In this document: positions 34,187-45,104 of the stretch, piece by piece | Numbering within the stretch: the first letter of the stretch is position 1 | Layout: each line of letters begins with the position of its first letter | Origin: an uncultured delta proteobacterium | GTDB lineage: Bacteria; Desulfobacterota; Desulfobaccia; Desulfobaccales; 0-14-0-80-60-11 | Assembly: GCA_963812015.1 (NCBI GenBank) | Contig: CAWETI010000003.1 | Location: 256,001 to 320,000 of the forward strand | Length of the DNA stretch: 64,000 nucleotides | Direction: 5' to 3' | Notes under the pieces: model-generated | Seen by the model: only the letters and a program-made list of their open reading frames with translations | The model's database searches: none | Told to the model about the DNA's origin: nothing | Translations under genes and position numbers: made by a program

Positions 34187-36679
34187 ATGACCTTTTCCGA
34201 TAACCATGACTTTCTCTCCCGGGTCCAGCGCCCCACCCGCTATCTGGGCCGGGAGATCAACACCGTCTTCAAAGACCCCCGGGCCGTGGCCCTGCGGGTG
34301 GCTTTGCTGTTCCCCGACCTCTACGAAGTAGGCATGTCCCACCTGGGGTTGGGCCTGCTCTACGGCATCTTGAACCGGGAGGACCACATCTGGGCCGAGC
34401 GGGCCTACGCCCCGGCCCCGGACCTGGAGGCTGACCTGCGGGCCCGGCGCCGGCCCCTGACCAGCCTGGAGTCCGGCACGCCTCTCAGCCGCTTTGACCT
34501 GTTGGGGGTGAGCCTCCAGTACGAGTTGGGCTACACCAATCTTTTGAATATGCTGGACCTGGGGGGAGTGCCGCTTTTGGCTGCGGACCGGGACCCCGGC
34601 CACCCGGTGGTCATCGCCGGCGGCCCCGCCTGTTTCAACCCCGAGCCGGTGGCGCCCTTCTTTGACGCCCTGGTGCTGGGGGATGGGGAAGAAGTGATCC
34701 TGGAGCTGGCCGCCTTGGTTGCGAATTGGAAGGCGAACCGGGGCAGCCGCCAGGAGTTGTGGCAGGCCCTGGAGGAGCTGGAGGGCGTCTACGTTCCGGC
34801 GATGTTTGCCATGGACTTCGACGAGGCTGGCAGGCTCAAGGCCATCATCCCGACAGGGCGCCGGACCACGGTGACCAAGCGGGTCCTGGATGATCTCAAC
34901 CGGGTGGCCATCCCGGCCTTGCCTCTGGTGCCTTCCTGTCAGATTATCCACGACCGCCTCAACGTCGAGATTTCCCGGGGCTGCACCCGGGGCTGCCGTT
35001 ACTGCCAGGCCGGCATGATTTATCGGCCGGTGCGGGAGCGGGACCCGGCCGCCGCCCTGGCCTGGGTGGAGGAGGCCCTGGCCGCCACCGGCTTTGAAGA
35101 AGTTTCCCTCTTGAGCCTCAGCATCGGCGACTACGGGCCCCTGGCCGGCCTGCTCCAGGCGTTGATGGACCGCCTCTCCCCGGACCAGGTGGCGGTCTCG
35201 CTCCCCTCCATGCGGGCCGACACCCTCACCCCTGAGATGATGGCCCAGATTAAGCGGGTGCGGCGCACCGGGCTGACCCTGGCGCCGGAAGCGGGCACCC
35301 AGCGCCTGCGTCAGGTGATCAACAAGAACCTCACCGAGGCGGACATCATGGACTCGGCCCGGCGGGCCTTTGCGGCGGGCTGGCAGCTCCTCAAGCTCTA
35401 TTTTATGATCGGCCTGCCCCGGGAGACCCGGGAAGACCGGCAGGGCATTGCGGCCCTGGCCCGGCAGATCCTCGCCGCCGCCCCCAAAGGGAGCCGCCCC
35501 CGGCTCAACGTCAGCCTCTCCAGCTTCATCCCCAAGCCCCACACCCCGTTTCAGTGGGAGCGCCAGGAGGACCTGGAGGAGTGCCGCCGCCGGCTTCACG
35601 AAGTCAAGGACAGCCTGCGCCAGAAAAATATTCAGACCAAGTGGAACTCTGCGGCCCAGACCTGGCTGGAGGGGGTCTTTTCCCGGGGGGACCGGCGCCT
35701 GGCGCCAGTGTTGGTGGAGGCCCACCGCCGGGGGTGCCGCCTGGACGCCTGGAGCGAGCATATGCGGCTGGAACCGTGGCGCGAGGCCTTTCAGGAGGCT
35801 GGGGTGGCCCCGGATATTTATCTAAGGGAACGGGGCCTGGATGAGCTCTTGCCCTGGGACCACGTGCAGTGCGGGGTGAGCCGGGAGTTTTTGCTGGCGG
35901 AGCGGGCCCGGGCCGACCAGGGGCTGGAGACCCCGGACTGCCGTCGGGAGGGCTGCCAGGACTGCGGGGTCTGCGACCAGGACCGGATCAGCCTCAGGCT
36001 CCAGGACTCCGGCCCCCTGCCGCCGGCGCCGCCGCGGCCGGCCGCCGGGCCGCCTGTGCCCTGCCGCTACCGGTTGACCTACGCCAAGCTGGAGGAAGGC
36101 CGCTGGCTGGGCCACCTCGAGATGGTGGCCTCCCTGTATCGCAGCCTGCGCCGCTCCGGTTTGCCCCTGGCGTTTTCCGCCGGATTTCATCCCCTGCCCC
36201 GGGTCTCCTTTTATGACGCCCTGCCCCTGGGGGTGGAGAGCCTGGCCGAGACCATGGACGTGGAACTGGCCCAGCCGGTGCCCGAGGACACCCTGGTGGC
36301 CACCCTGAACCGGGTGCTGCCCCGGGGCTTGAAGGTCCTCCAGGCAGTCCGCCTGACCCAACGCCAGGACCCCCCCGGTCGGCTGGGCGCGGTCTATCAG
36401 GTGGAAAGCCCGGCACCGGTGTTTGAGGCCGAGACCGCGGCGCAGTTCCTGGCTCAAGGGGAATTCATGGTGACCCGGCACCGGCCTAAAGGGGACCAGC
36501 GCCTGGACCTGCGCCGCCTGGTGGGCGACTTGACGGTCCTGGACCCGCTGCACCTGGAGGTGGGGCTCTGCCGCCAGGAAAAAGGCAACCTCAAGGTGAC
36601 CGATGCCCTGGCCGCCATTTTTCATTTACGCGACGACCAGACCCTGGACCTGCGGATTGTGAAGACGAAAAGCACTTAG
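34187..36679 (+). CDS. TIGR03960-type B12-binding radical SAM protein fused to a TIGR03936 (DUF2344)-type domain
   Basis: FPDLYEVGMSHLG, RGCTRGCRYCQAG and APEAG; C-terminal FSAGFHPLPRVSF..ALPLGVES. Confidence 0.88.
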   Translation: MTFSDNHDFLSRVQRPTRYLGREINTVFKDPRAVALRVALLFPDLYEVGMSHLGLGLLYGILNREDHIWAERAYAPAPDLEADLRARRRPLTSLESGTPLSRFDLLGVSLQYELGYTNLLNMLDLGGVPLLAADRDPGHPVVIAGGPACFNPEPVAPFFDALVLGDGEEVILELAALVANWKANRGSRQELWQALEELEGVYVPAMFAMDFDEAGRLKAIIPTGRRTTVTKRVLDDLNRVAIPALPLVPSCQIIHDRLNVEISRGCTRGCRYCQAGMIYRPVRERDPAAALAWVEEALAATGFEEVSLLSLSIGDYGPLAGLLQALMDRLSPDQVAVSLPSMRADTLTPEMMAQIKRVRRTGLTLAPEAGTQRLRQVINKNLTEADIMDSARRAFAAGWQLLKLYFMIGLPRETREDRQGIAALARQILAAAPKGSRPRLNVSLSSFIPKPHTPFQWERQEDLEECRRRLHEVKDSLRQKNIQTKWNSAAQTWLEGVFSRGDRRLAPVLVEAHRRGCRLDAWSEHMRLEPWREAFQEAGVAPDIYLRERGLDELLPWDHVQCGVSREFLLAERARADQGLETPDCRREGCQDCGVCDQDRISLRLQDSGPLPPAPPRPAAGPPVPCRYRLTYAKLEEGRWLGHLEMVASLYRSLRRSGLPLAFSAGFHPLPRVSFYDALPLGVESLAETMDVELAQPVPEDTLVATLNRVLPRGLKVLQAVRLTQRQDPPGRLGAVYQVESPAPVFEAETAAQFLAQGEFMVTRHRPKGDQRLDLRRLVGDLTVLDPLHLEVGLCRQEKGNLKVTDALAAIFHLRDDQTLDLRIVKTKST

Positions 36680-36708
36680 TGATTTCCCATCCGGGAACTC
36701 CTTCACAT

Positions 36709-36803
36709 TCCCCCCTTTGCAAAAGGGGGGCAAGGGGGGATTTAAGCAACTCCCTGAAAATCCCCCTAAATCCCCCTTTATGAAAGTATGAAAGGGGGAC
36801 TTT
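36709..36803. repeat. Family B palindromic repeat
   Basis: CCCCCTTTGCAAAAGGGGGG and TCCCCCTAAATCCCCCTTT..AAGGGGGACTTT; internal TATGAAAG tandem duplication. Confidence 0.7.
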
Positions 36804-36877
36804 AAAGACTGTTTTGCCGGCTCTGAAAGCTGACCGCTAAAAGCTGAGAGCTTTCTTATATAAAACTAGAAAACCCT

Positions 36878-38389
36878 ATGGTCAACTTGCTCCTCATCAG
36901 CGTTACGGACTGCGACACCCGGGTGGCCTTTCTCGAAGACGGCCGCCTGGCGGAGTTCTATGTGGAAGGCCGGGCCCAAAACGGTCCCGTGGGCAACATC
37001 TACAAAGGCAGGGTGACCCGGCTCCTGCCCGGCATGGCCGCGGCCTTTGTGGATGTCGGCCTGGAGCGGCCCGCCTACCTGTTTGCCGAAGATGTCATTG
37101 CCCAGGAGGATGAATTTTTTCAGGTGTGGCTCAAGGGGGAGATGGACGAGACCCCTGAAGCCCGGCGGCTGCCCCGGGCCACCATCGGCGACCTGCTCCA
37201 TGAGGGCCAGGAGGTGCTGGTCCAGGTGCTCCGGGGACCGGCGGCCAATAAAGGCGCTCGCTTGACCACTCATATCAGCCTGGCCGGACACTACCTGGTC
37301 TATATGCCCACCCTGTCCCAACTGGGGGTCTCCCGCCGCATCCCCGACGAGCCGGAGCGCCTGAGAATCAAGGCCCTCCTGGAGGAATTGCGGCCCGGGG
37401 AAGGGGGGCTCATCGCCCGCACCGCCAGCCGGGGGCAGAATCAGGACAAACTGGCCCGGGAACGGGACCTGCTCATCCGGGGCTGGCAGCGCATCCTGGG
37501 CAAAAAGGCGGCGGCCCCCTGCCCCGGCCTGCTCCACCAGGAACTGGAGGCCGCCCGGCGGGTGGTCCGGGAACTCTTCGCCCCCGAGGTGGACCGGGTC
37601 CTGGTGGACGACCCCGGGGCTTTTGAGCGCATCGCCGATTATCTGGAATCCCTCAATCCCCTGGATAAATACCGGGTGGAACTCCATGCCGGGCCCGAGC
37701 CCCTCTTCAGCCATTTCGGCCTGGAAATCGATTGGGGCAAACTCCTGGCCCCCCGGGTGTGGCTCAAAAGCGGCGGCTACCTGCTCATCGACCCCACTGA
37801 GGCCCTCACCGCCATTGACGTCAATACGGGGCGCTTCGTGGGCCGCAATCACCTGGAGGAAACCATCCTCAAGACCAATCTGGAGGCCGCCAAGGAAATC
37901 GCCCGGCAGCTTAGACTCCGGAACATCGGGGGCCTCATTGTCATCGATTTCATCGACCAGGAAAAGGCGGCGAACCGGGACCTGATTTACCAGACCTTTT
38001 GTGAAGCCCTCAGCCGGGACCGGGCCAAGACCACGGCGCTGCCCATATCCCCCCTGGGACTGGTGGAGATGACCCGGCAAAGAGTCCGGGACAGTCTGGC
38101 CCAGACCATCACGGAGCCCTGCGGCGCCTGCGGCGGCCGGGGCGCAGTGTTGACCCCCCGGACCGTGGCCTGTGACATTATGCGCCAGTTGAGCGACGAG
38201 GCCCGGGAATTCTCCGGTTACCACCTGAATCTTTCGGCGCATCCGTCGGTCACGGCCATCCTGGAAGGGGACGGGGCCCGGCTCCTGGACCGGTTGGCCA
38301 AAGAACACCAGGTGCAGGTGACCCTGAGCCCCCAGCCCCAATTCGCCCGGGACAACTTTGTCATAAGCCACGAATGGCCGGGGGGGTGA
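36878..38389 (+). CDS. rng: Ribonuclease G/E family
   Basis: GNIYKGRV S1 domain, AIDVNTG, TNLEAA and RLRNIGGLIVIDFID. Confidence 0.93.
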   Translation: MVNLLLISVTDCDTRVAFLEDGRLAEFYVEGRAQNGPVGNIYKGRVTRLLPGMAAAFVDVGLERPAYLFAEDVIAQEDEFFQVWLKGEMDETPEARRLPRATIGDLLHEGQEVLVQVLRGPAANKGARLTTHISLAGHYLVYMPTLSQLGVSRRIPDEPERLRIKALLEELRPGEGGLIARTASRGQNQDKLARERDLLIRGWQRILGKKAAAPCPGLLHQELEAARRVVRELFAPEVDRVLVDDPGAFERIADYLESLNPLDKYRVELHAGPEPLFSHFGLEIDWGKLLAPRVWLKSGGYLLIDPTEALTAIDVNTGRFVGRNHLEETILKTNLEAAKEIARQLRLRNIGGLIVIDFIDQEKAANRDLIYQTFCEALSRDRAKTTALPISPLGLVEMTRQRVRDSLAQTITEPCGACGGRGAVLTPRTVACDIMRQLSDEAREFSGYHLNLSAHPSVTAILEGDGARLLDRLAKEHQVQVTLSPQPQFARDNFVISHEWPGG

Positions 38390-38391
38390 AG

Positions 38392-38424
38392 CAGTTATCA
38401 GTTGCCAGGGGTCAGTGGTCAGTG
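38392..38424 (+). repeat. Heptamer tandem array (CAGTNRN)n, left arm
   Basis: CAGTTAT CAGTTGC CAGGGGT CAGTGGT CAGTG. Confidence 0.7.
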
Positions 38425-38464
38425 ATATTAATTACTTGAAAGTTTTATATGACTTAGGAGAACG

Positions 38465-39151
38465 ATGAGTACTTCGGTCCCCATCAATTCTTTTGATAGA
38501 GGTAAGCCTTTCTACCCTCTGATAATGAATTACTTGGTTCTGCTCATTGGGTTCAAGGACCTTGCAGCACGAGGAGGCATTAAAGATATAGAAAAAAGTA
38601 CTGGTATAAATGCATGGTTAAATCTATCTGCAATCAAAAGTGATATTTTAAAAAGATTCTCTGCTTCTAATACTGGTACAATTAAACTTGAGCGACAGCT
38701 TACTGAGCTCAGTAATGGTTTATCTAAACTATTAGGGCCACTTGAGCTTAAGTCAGAGTTCGGGGGGAACCACATCAAGGTGGAAGTTGACGATATTGCC
38801 AACGACTTGCTGTATAATGGCCCCTACGTGCTCCGATTAACCATGCTTTCCGCAGGAAGTTTGCTAATTTTAGCGCACGAGTGCAGTAAGGGTAAACCCT
38901 GGCATGATAGGAAGGCACCGCTATGGGAATTCCTTCGGCATTGCAGAAATGCAGCGGCTCATGGTGGCCTCTTCACGTTCCAAGGCAAAGAACCGTGTAA
39001 CCTTGCAGAGTGGGGACATTTTCGAATCGAACGCGCCCTGCTCGGCACAATGTTATTCAAAGATGAGAAAGGTTTTGGCTTGTTGTCGCCTGGCGACCCG
39101 ATACGCCTTCTTTGGGATATTGAACAAGCATACCCAAGTATGAGTGCTTGA
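38465..39151 (+). CDS. AT-rich hypothetical protein with HEPN-like RxxxxH motif
   Basis: FLRHCRNAAAHGG; AGGAG RBS; composition differs from flanks. Confidence 0.65.
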   Translation: MSTSVPINSFDRGKPFYPLIMNYLVLLIGFKDLAARGGIKDIEKSTGINAWLNLSAIKSDILKRFSASNTGTIKLERQLTELSNGLSKLLGPLELKSEFGGNHIKVEVDDIANDLLYNGPYVLRLTMLSAGSLLILAHECSKGKPWHDRKAPLWEFLRHCRNAAAHGGLFTFQGKEPCNLAEWGHFRIERALLGTMLFKDEKGFGLLSPGDPIRLLWDIEQAYPSMSA

Positions 39152-39160
39152 TTAAGCTTA

Positions 39161-39188
39161 ATAACTGACAACTGACCACTGGCAACTA
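39161..39188 (-). repeat. Heptamer tandem array, right arm (inverted relative to 38392-38424)
   Basis: Reverse complement reads TAGTTGC CAGTGGT CAGTTGT CAGTTAT. Confidence 0.7.
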
Positions 39189-39191
39189 CCC

Positions 39192-41111
39192 ATGACAACC
39201 GCCCCCATCATTTTAGGTACCGCCGGCCACATTGACCATGGCAAGAGCGCGCTTATAAAAGCCCTCACCGGGACCGACCCGGACCGCCTCAAGGAAGAAA
39301 AACTCCGGGGCATCACCATCGAGCTGGGCTTTGCCGAGCTGGAACTGCCCTCCGGCCAGCACCTGGGCATCGTGGACGTGCCGGGGCACGAGCGCTTCGT
39401 GCGCCACATGGTGGCCGGCGCCTCCGGCATGGACCTGGTGGCCCTGGTCATCGCCGCGGACGAAGGCGTCATGCCCCAGACCCGGGAGCATTTGGAGATC
39501 TGCCAACTCCTCCAGGTCAAGCAAGGCCTGGTGGTCCTCACCAAGGTGGACCTGGTGGAGGAGGACTGGCTGGACCTGGTGGAAGAGGAAGTGCGGGAGG
39601 CCCTCAAGGGCACTTTTCTGGAGGGCGCCCCCATCGAGCGGTTTTCCGCGGTCACCGGGGCCGGCACGGAGCACCTCCTGGCCACCCTGGCGGACCTGGC
39701 GGCTAAAGTGCCCCCCAAGCCGGTCACCGGTATCTTTCGTCTGCCCATCGACCGGGTCTTTACCATCAAGGGCTTCGGCACCGTGGTCACCGGCACCGCC
39801 ATTTCCGGCCGGGTGAAGGTGGCCGAGGCCGTGGCCATTTATCCCCCGGGCTTCAAGGCCAAGGTGCGGGGTCTCCAGGTCCACGGGCAGGCCGTGGAGG
39901 TGGCCCTGGCCGGCAACCGCACCGCGGTCAACCTCCAGGGATTGGAAAAGGAGGAGTTGGAGCGGGGCATGGTGGTGGCGCCGCCGGGGGCCCTGATCTC
40001 CAGCCGCCGCCTGGACGCCTATCTGGAGATTCTCCCCAGCGCCCCCCGCCCGTTAAAGCACCGCCAGGCGGTGCGCCTCCATACCGGCACCAGCGAGCGG
40101 GTCGCCATGCCCCTCATCCTGGATGCCGATGAGATGCCCCCCGGGGCCTCGGGCTACGTGCAGTTTTTCCTCAGGGAGCCGTTGGCCTTGAAACCCGGCG
40201 ACCGCCTGGTGATCCGAAGCTTTTCCCCGGCCTTCACCTGGGGCGGCGGCCTGGTCCTCCACGTCAACCCCACCCGGCACAAACGGCGCCAGCCCGAGGT
40301 GCTGGCCCGCTTTAAGATCCTGGAGCAGGGCACCCCGGAGGACATCCTGCGCCTGTACCTTTCCGAGGCCGGGGCCGCGGGGCGCTCCCGGTCCGAACTG
40401 ACGGCCCTGCTGCCCTGGGACCCGGTGGACCTGGCCAACCTGCTGAACGCCCAGACCCGCCAGGGCCAGGTGCTTTATTATGACCAGGAAAATCAGCGCT
40501 ATCTCCTCACCATCACCGCCCAGGAGCTGGAACGCCAGAGTCTGCAAATCCTGGCCGACTACCACCGCAAATTTCCTTTAAAGCCCGGCCTCTCCAAGGA
40601 GGAACTGCGGCGGCAATTGCCCCCGGCCATGGAGGTGCGCCTGTTTAATTATCTGCTGGGCGACATGGCCCAAAAGAAACAGGTCGTCTCGGAGAAGGAT
40701 TTGGTGCGACTGAGCACCCATAAAGTGACCCTGGCCCAGGATCAGGAGGACCTCTCCCGCCGCCTGGAAGAGCTGTACCGCCGGGGCCATTTCTCACCGC
40801 CGACCTTCAAGGAGGCCACCGAGGCGTCCAAAATCGCCGGGGATAAAGTCAAACAGCTCCTCCAGGTGCTGGTCAACCAGGGCCGGCTGGTGAAGGTGAA
40901 AGAAGACCTCTATTTCCACCAGGCCGCCATCGAGCAACTGAAGGCCGCGCTCATCGATTTTCTTAAGAAAAACCGGGAAATTACCGTGGTGCAGTTCAAG
41001 GACCTGACCCAAACCAGCCGGAAATTCACCATCCCCCTCCTGGAATACTTCGACTCCGTCCGCACCACGGTCCGGGTGGGAGAGGCCCGGCGGCTGCGGG
41101 AGGGGGCGTAA
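39192..41111 (+). CDS. selB: Selenocysteine-specific elongation factor
   Basis: [28 protein letters not shown] and C-terminal wHTH with [13 protein letters not shown]. Confidence 0.96.
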   Translation: MTTAPIILGTAGHIDHGKSALIKALTGTDPDRLKEEKLRGITIELGFAELELPSGQHLGIVDVPGHERFVRHMVAGASGMDLVALVIAADEGVMPQTREHLEICQLLQVKQGLVVLTKVDLVEEDWLDLVEEEVREALKGTFLEGAPIERFSAVTGAGTEHLLATLADLAAKVPPKPVTGIFRLPIDRVFTIKGFGTVVTGTAISGRVKVAEAVAIYPPGFKAKVRGLQVHGQAVEVALAGNRTAVNLQGLEKEELERGMVVAPPGALISSRRLDAYLEILPSAPRPLKHRQAVRLHTGTSERVAMPLILDADEMPPGASGYVQFFLREPLALKPGDRLVIRSFSPAFTWGGGLVLHVNPTRHKRRQPEVLARFKILEQGTPEDILRLYLSEAGAAGRSRSELTALLPWDPVDLANLLNAQTRQGQVLYYDQENQRYLLTITAQELERQSLQILADYHRKFPLKPGLSKEELRRQLPPAMEVRLFNYLLGDMAQKKQVVSEKDLVRLSTHKVTLAQDQEDLSRRLEELYRRGHFSPPTFKEATEASKIAGDKVKQLLQVLVNQGRLVKVKEDLYFHQAAIEQLKAALIDFLKKNREITVVQFKDLTQTSRKFTIPLLEYFDSVRTTVRVGEARRLREGA

Positions 41112-41312
41112 GGCTTGGTTTATTTATCCTATCCGCCTGAAGACCACCAGAAAACCGGACTTTCCCTCCCACATTGCCAAGGGCAGGCCCATGGAGTAAA
41201 ATAGCACGATGGATAGGTGGCGCCGTTTCTTAAGGTCCCGGTTGACCGGGCGATTCCGGGCAGCCGGGGGCAACCTGGTTTTCCCGGGGGGCCCGCCGGA
41301 GAGGTATCGGCT

Positions 41313-42185
41313 GTGACCACCATGTCCTTTATGGAACATCTGGAGGAGCTGCGCCACCGTCTCATTGTCAGCGTAGTGGCCGTCCTCATCTGTATGGGCA
41401 TCGCCTGGCCCCTGGTCCCCACGGTGCAGCAATACATCACCCGGCCCTTGCAGGAGCCGTCGGTCACCCAGAAATGGTCTTATGTCCTGGATACCTGGGT
41501 CATCCAGAAATTCCCCGACCTCGCCCACCGGTTGGGGGTTAAGCCGGAGCCTCCCAAAGTCAATCCCCACCGGCTGAACTACATGGCGCCCCTGGAGCCG
41601 TTTTTCGTCCAGATGAAGATTGCGATGATCACCGGGCTGGCCCTGGGTTTCCCCATCATCTTCTACCAGATGTGGCTGTTTTTTTCGCCGGCCCTCTATC
41701 CCAAAGAGAAGAAGATCATTTATTATTTTCTGCCCGTCGGCACCGTTGCCTTTATCCTGGGGGATCTCTTCTTTCTCAAAATGGTGTGGCCCCTGATCAT
41801 CTCCTTTTCTCTGCGCTTTGAGAGCGAGTTTTTGTTTTCCATGCTCAACCTGACCCAATTTGTCAATTTCTGCCTGCGCCTGCTGCTGCTGTTCGGGTTG
41901 ATCTTTGAACTGCCCCTGATCCTGTTGATCCTGGCCCGGGTGGGGATCGTCCGGGTGGACTTTTTGTGCCAACAGCGGCGGGTGGCAATCCTGCTCAGTG
42001 CCGTGGTGGCGGCCTTTCATGCCGATCTGCTCACCATGGCGGCCATCGCCGTCCCCCTCTATGCCATGTATGAAATTTCCATCCTGACCGTCAGGCTGTT
42101 CGGCGGACCTTATAGCCGGGGCCAGGCCCCGGAGCCGGCCGCGATGCCGGCGGAAACCGGCCTGGGATCGCCACCTGCCCCATAA
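41313..42185 (+). CDS. tatC: Twin-arginine translocase subunit TatC
   Basis: MSFMEHLEELRHRL, F.PALYPKEK and FGLIFELP; GTG after GGAGAGG. Confidence 0.93.
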   Translation: MTTMSFMEHLEELRHRLIVSVVAVLICMGIAWPLVPTVQQYITRPLQEPSVTQKWSYVLDTWVIQKFPDLAHRLGVKPEPPKVNPHRLNYMAPLEPFFVQMKIAMITGLALGFPIIFYQMWLFFSPALYPKEKKIIYYFLPVGTVAFILGDLFFLKMVWPLIISFSLRFESEFLFSMLNLTQFVNFCLRLLLLFGLIFELPLILLILARVGIVRVDFLCQQRRVAILLSAVVAAFHADLLTMAAIAVPLYAMYEISILTVRLFGGPYSRGQAPEPAAMPAETGLGSPPAP

Positions 42186-42397
42186 TCTCCGAGTGAACCG
42201 GCCGATCCGGTGGAAAGGGCAGGGGGAGCCAATTAGATTGACATATTCGTATGCTGAATTATATATTCACTATTTCAGAACAGTAATTTATCGATCTTTG
42301 CCCCATCGTTAAATTATGAAAAGCCCATGATGGGCCTACCCCTGACTTTGAACCTTGAACCTGGAACTTTTCGGAACAGAACAGTAAAAGGTTGCTG

Positions 42398-45100
42398 ATG
42401 AGCACTGACTTGCAGAAACCGGGCCCCGGCGAGCCTGGCGCGCTTGAGGCCGACAAGCCCAGATCCTGGCTGGGACGGATCCTCAGCCGCCTGGCCGGCT
42501 GGCTGGGGGGGCATGATTTTCATTACTCCGGCTACCTGCCCAGCCGCCCGGGATTCTTGTTGCGCTATACCCTGGACCCGTTCTTCAAACGGGTGACGGT
42601 GCAGCCGCGCTATCTGGAGCGGTTGCAGAACCTGGCCAGCCAGGGAGCAGTGGTCTATGCCCTGAAATACCGCAGCCACCTGGACTTCCTTTTTTTTAAC
42701 CGACGCTACCAGAAGTTGGGGGTTATCGCCCCGGAGGTGGCCTTCGACCTGAACCTCTGGATGTGGCAACCCTTGTCCCACCTGGTGCAGATCGTCTCCG
42801 CCTCGGTCAATTATTTTACCCGGCGCCGGTCCTGGCCCAACCCCTTCCAGGACGGCTATTTCACCAAGACTCTTCAGGAAAAACGCGGCTCTCTCCTCTT
42901 CCTGGTGGACCAGGTGGGGTTCCGCCAACGCTTCCTCAAACCCCGGGAGGATCCCATCCGCCATCTCCTGGAGATCCAGGAACAGGTGGATTTCCCCATC
43001 TTCCTGGTGCCCCAGATGGTGATGTATGAAAAGGTCCCCTTTCGGGAAAGCAAGGGGCTGTGGCAACTCTTTTTCGGGGACAGCGAAAACCCCGGCAGGT
43101 TGCGGAAGCTGGGCCTGTGCCTCCTCAAGGCCAAGAGCGCCGTGGTGGAGGTGGTGGAGCCGGTGAACCTCAAAGAGGCCCTGGCCACCGCGGCTCCGGA
43201 CGTCCGCCTGCGGGACCTGGCCCAGGAGATCCGCCGGGATTTGATTCAACGCCTCGATGTCCAGAGGCGGGTGATTACCGGGCCGGTGATGAAGTCCCGG
43301 GAGGAAGTCATGGAACTTACCCTCACCGATCCGGCCCTGACCCGTTCCATGGAGCATCTGGCCGAAACCGAAAAAAAGAAGCTGGCCAAGATCAAAACGA
43401 CGGCCCAGGATTACTTCTGGGAGATCTCCGCCGACCCTCACGCTTTTTACATCAGCGCCATGCAACGGATGGTAACGTGGCTGTCCCGGCACCTGTTTGA
43501 CGGTATCGTCTTTGATAGCCTGGGGTTCGAAAAAGTGCGGCAGGCCAGCCAGCGGGGCAGCCTGATCTTTGTGCCCTGTCACAAAAGCCACCTGGACTAC
43601 CTCATTCTCAACAACCTCATCTTTCAGCATCATATGCAGTCCCCCCGCATCGCCGCGGGCAAGAACCTCTCCTTTTGGCCCCTGGGCCCGATCTTCCGAG
43701 GCTCCGGGGCGTTTTTCATCCGGCGCCGGTTCTTGGGCGGTAAACTTTATGCCGAGGTCCTTTACACCTACATCAAGACCCTGATCAAAACCGGCTATAA
43801 TCTGGAGTTTTTCATTGAGGGCGGGCGCAGCCGCACCGGTAAACTGGTGCTGCCCAAGTTGGGGCTCCTCAATATGATCCTCCGGGCCTACGACGAAGGG
43901 GCCGCGCCCGACGTCCTCTTTGTCCCTACTTTCATCGGCTATGATCAGGTGCTGGAGGAAAAGGCCTACCTCAAGGAACTGGAGGGCGGGAAAAAGGAAG
44001 CGGAATCCATGGGCCAGCTGGTCCATGCCAGGAAATTTTTAAAGAAACGCTACGGCCGGGCCTATATTCAGTTCAGCGAACCCATTTCCCTGAATGACTA
44101 CCTGACCGAGCTCCACCAGACGGAGGCCGCCGACCTCCAGCAGGCCCGCCAACACGGCCAGGACCTGTCCTACCGCATTATCCAGGCCATTAACCACGTT
44201 TCGGTGGTCACGCCCTTCTCCCTGGTGTGCGCGGCGCTGCTCACCTATCCCCGCAAAGGCGTCTACCGCCGGGAGTTGCTGCAAATCATCCAGGTGCTCT
44301 ACGATTACGTCAAGGCCCAGGGGGTGCCCGAGGCCGATTCCCTGGAAGACCTCAACCAGGCGGTGGAGGAAACCCTGACTCTGTGCGAGGCTCGCAAGCT
44401 CGTCACCCCCATCGAGAAGGAAGAGGGCCTCACCGATGAGCTGGGTCTGGGCGGCTACAGCATCGATGAGACCAAACGCCCCCTGTTGGAATATTACAAG
44501 AACAACATCCTCCACTTCTTCCTCCCCGCAGCCATGGTCTCGCTGAGCATCCTGGCCCGCCAGGGCTTCGAGTTCAACCGGACCCAAATCATGGAGGATT
44601 ATGGCTTCCTCCGGGATTTTTTCCGGAACGAATTCATTTTCGACAACCAGGACCCGGAGATCCAGGTTAAACAAACCCTGGACTACTTCGGTTCCCGGGG
44701 GGTGGTGATCAATCTCGACCCCCAGGAAGCTTCCTATACCCTGTCGGCTTCCGGCCTCAAGGAGCTGGCCTATTTCGCCAACCTGCTGTTCAATTACCTG
44801 GAGTCCTACTGGATCGTGTTTCGCTCCATCAAGTACCTCCAGAAAAAGCCCCGGAGCGAGAAGGAATTTTTGAAGCGCATCCAGTCCATCGGCGCAAAAC
44901 TCCACAAGCTGGGGGAAGTGGAACGGAGCGAAGCCCTGTCGGAAGCTACCTTCCAAAACGCCGTGAAGATTTTCGGGGAAAAGGGGATCGTCCTGAAGAA
45001 GGCCCCGGAAGGCAAAGGCGCCACCACCTTCAGCCGGCCCGCCGACGAAGACGCCAAAGATTTCTACGGCCGCCAACTGGCAAGGTTTATGCGGCGCTAG
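42398..45100 (+). CDS. plsB: Glycerol-3-phosphate acyltransferase (PlsB-like)
   Basis: PCHKSHLDY (HxxxxD), GAFFIRR and FFIEGGRSRTGK. Confidence 0.88.
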   Translation: MSTDLQKPGPGEPGALEADKPRSWLGRILSRLAGWLGGHDFHYSGYLPSRPGFLLRYTLDPFFKRVTVQPRYLERLQNLASQGAVVYALKYRSHLDFLFFNRRYQKLGVIAPEVAFDLNLWMWQPLSHLVQIVSASVNYFTRRRSWPNPFQDGYFTKTLQEKRGSLLFLVDQVGFRQRFLKPREDPIRHLLEIQEQVDFPIFLVPQMVMYEKVPFRESKGLWQLFFGDSENPGRLRKLGLCLLKAKSAVVEVVEPVNLKEALATAAPDVRLRDLAQEIRRDLIQRLDVQRRVITGPVMKSREEVMELTLTDPALTRSMEHLAETEKKKLAKIKTTAQDYFWEISADPHAFYISAMQRMVTWLSRHLFDGIVFDSLGFEKVRQASQRGSLIFVPCHKSHLDYLILNNLIFQHHMQSPRIAAGKNLSFWPLGPIFRGSGAFFIRRRFLGGKLYAEVLYTYIKTLIKTGYNLEFFIEGGRSRTGKLVLPKLGLLNMILRAYDEGAAPDVLFVPTFIGYDQVLEEKAYLKELEGGKKEAESMGQLVHARKFLKKRYGRAYIQFSEPISLNDYLTELHQTEAADLQQARQHGQDLSYRIIQAINHVSVVTPFSLVCAALLTYPRKGVYRRELLQIIQVLYDYVKAQGVPEADSLEDLNQAVEETLTLCEARKLVTPIEKEEGLTDELGLGGYSIDETKRPLLEYYKNNILHFFLPAAMVSLSILARQGFEFNRTQIMEDYGFLRDFFRNEFIFDNQDPEIQVKQTLDYFGSRGVVINLDPQEASYTLSASGLKELAYFANLLFNYLESYWIVFRSIKYLQKKPRSEKEFLKRIQSIGAKLHKLGEVERSEALSEATFQNAVKIFGEKGIVLKKAPEGKGATTFSRPADEDAKDFYGRQLARFMRR

Positions 45101-45104
45101 CGTA

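Noticed and set aside
39192..41111. Selenoprotein genes near selB
   Set aside because: No in-frame TGA at a Cys-equivalent position was noticed in any gene in this window
34166..44026. Long minus-strand ORFs (34166-35761, 36866-38371, 42314-44026)
   Set aside because: Antisense shadows of the radical SAM gene, rng and plsB
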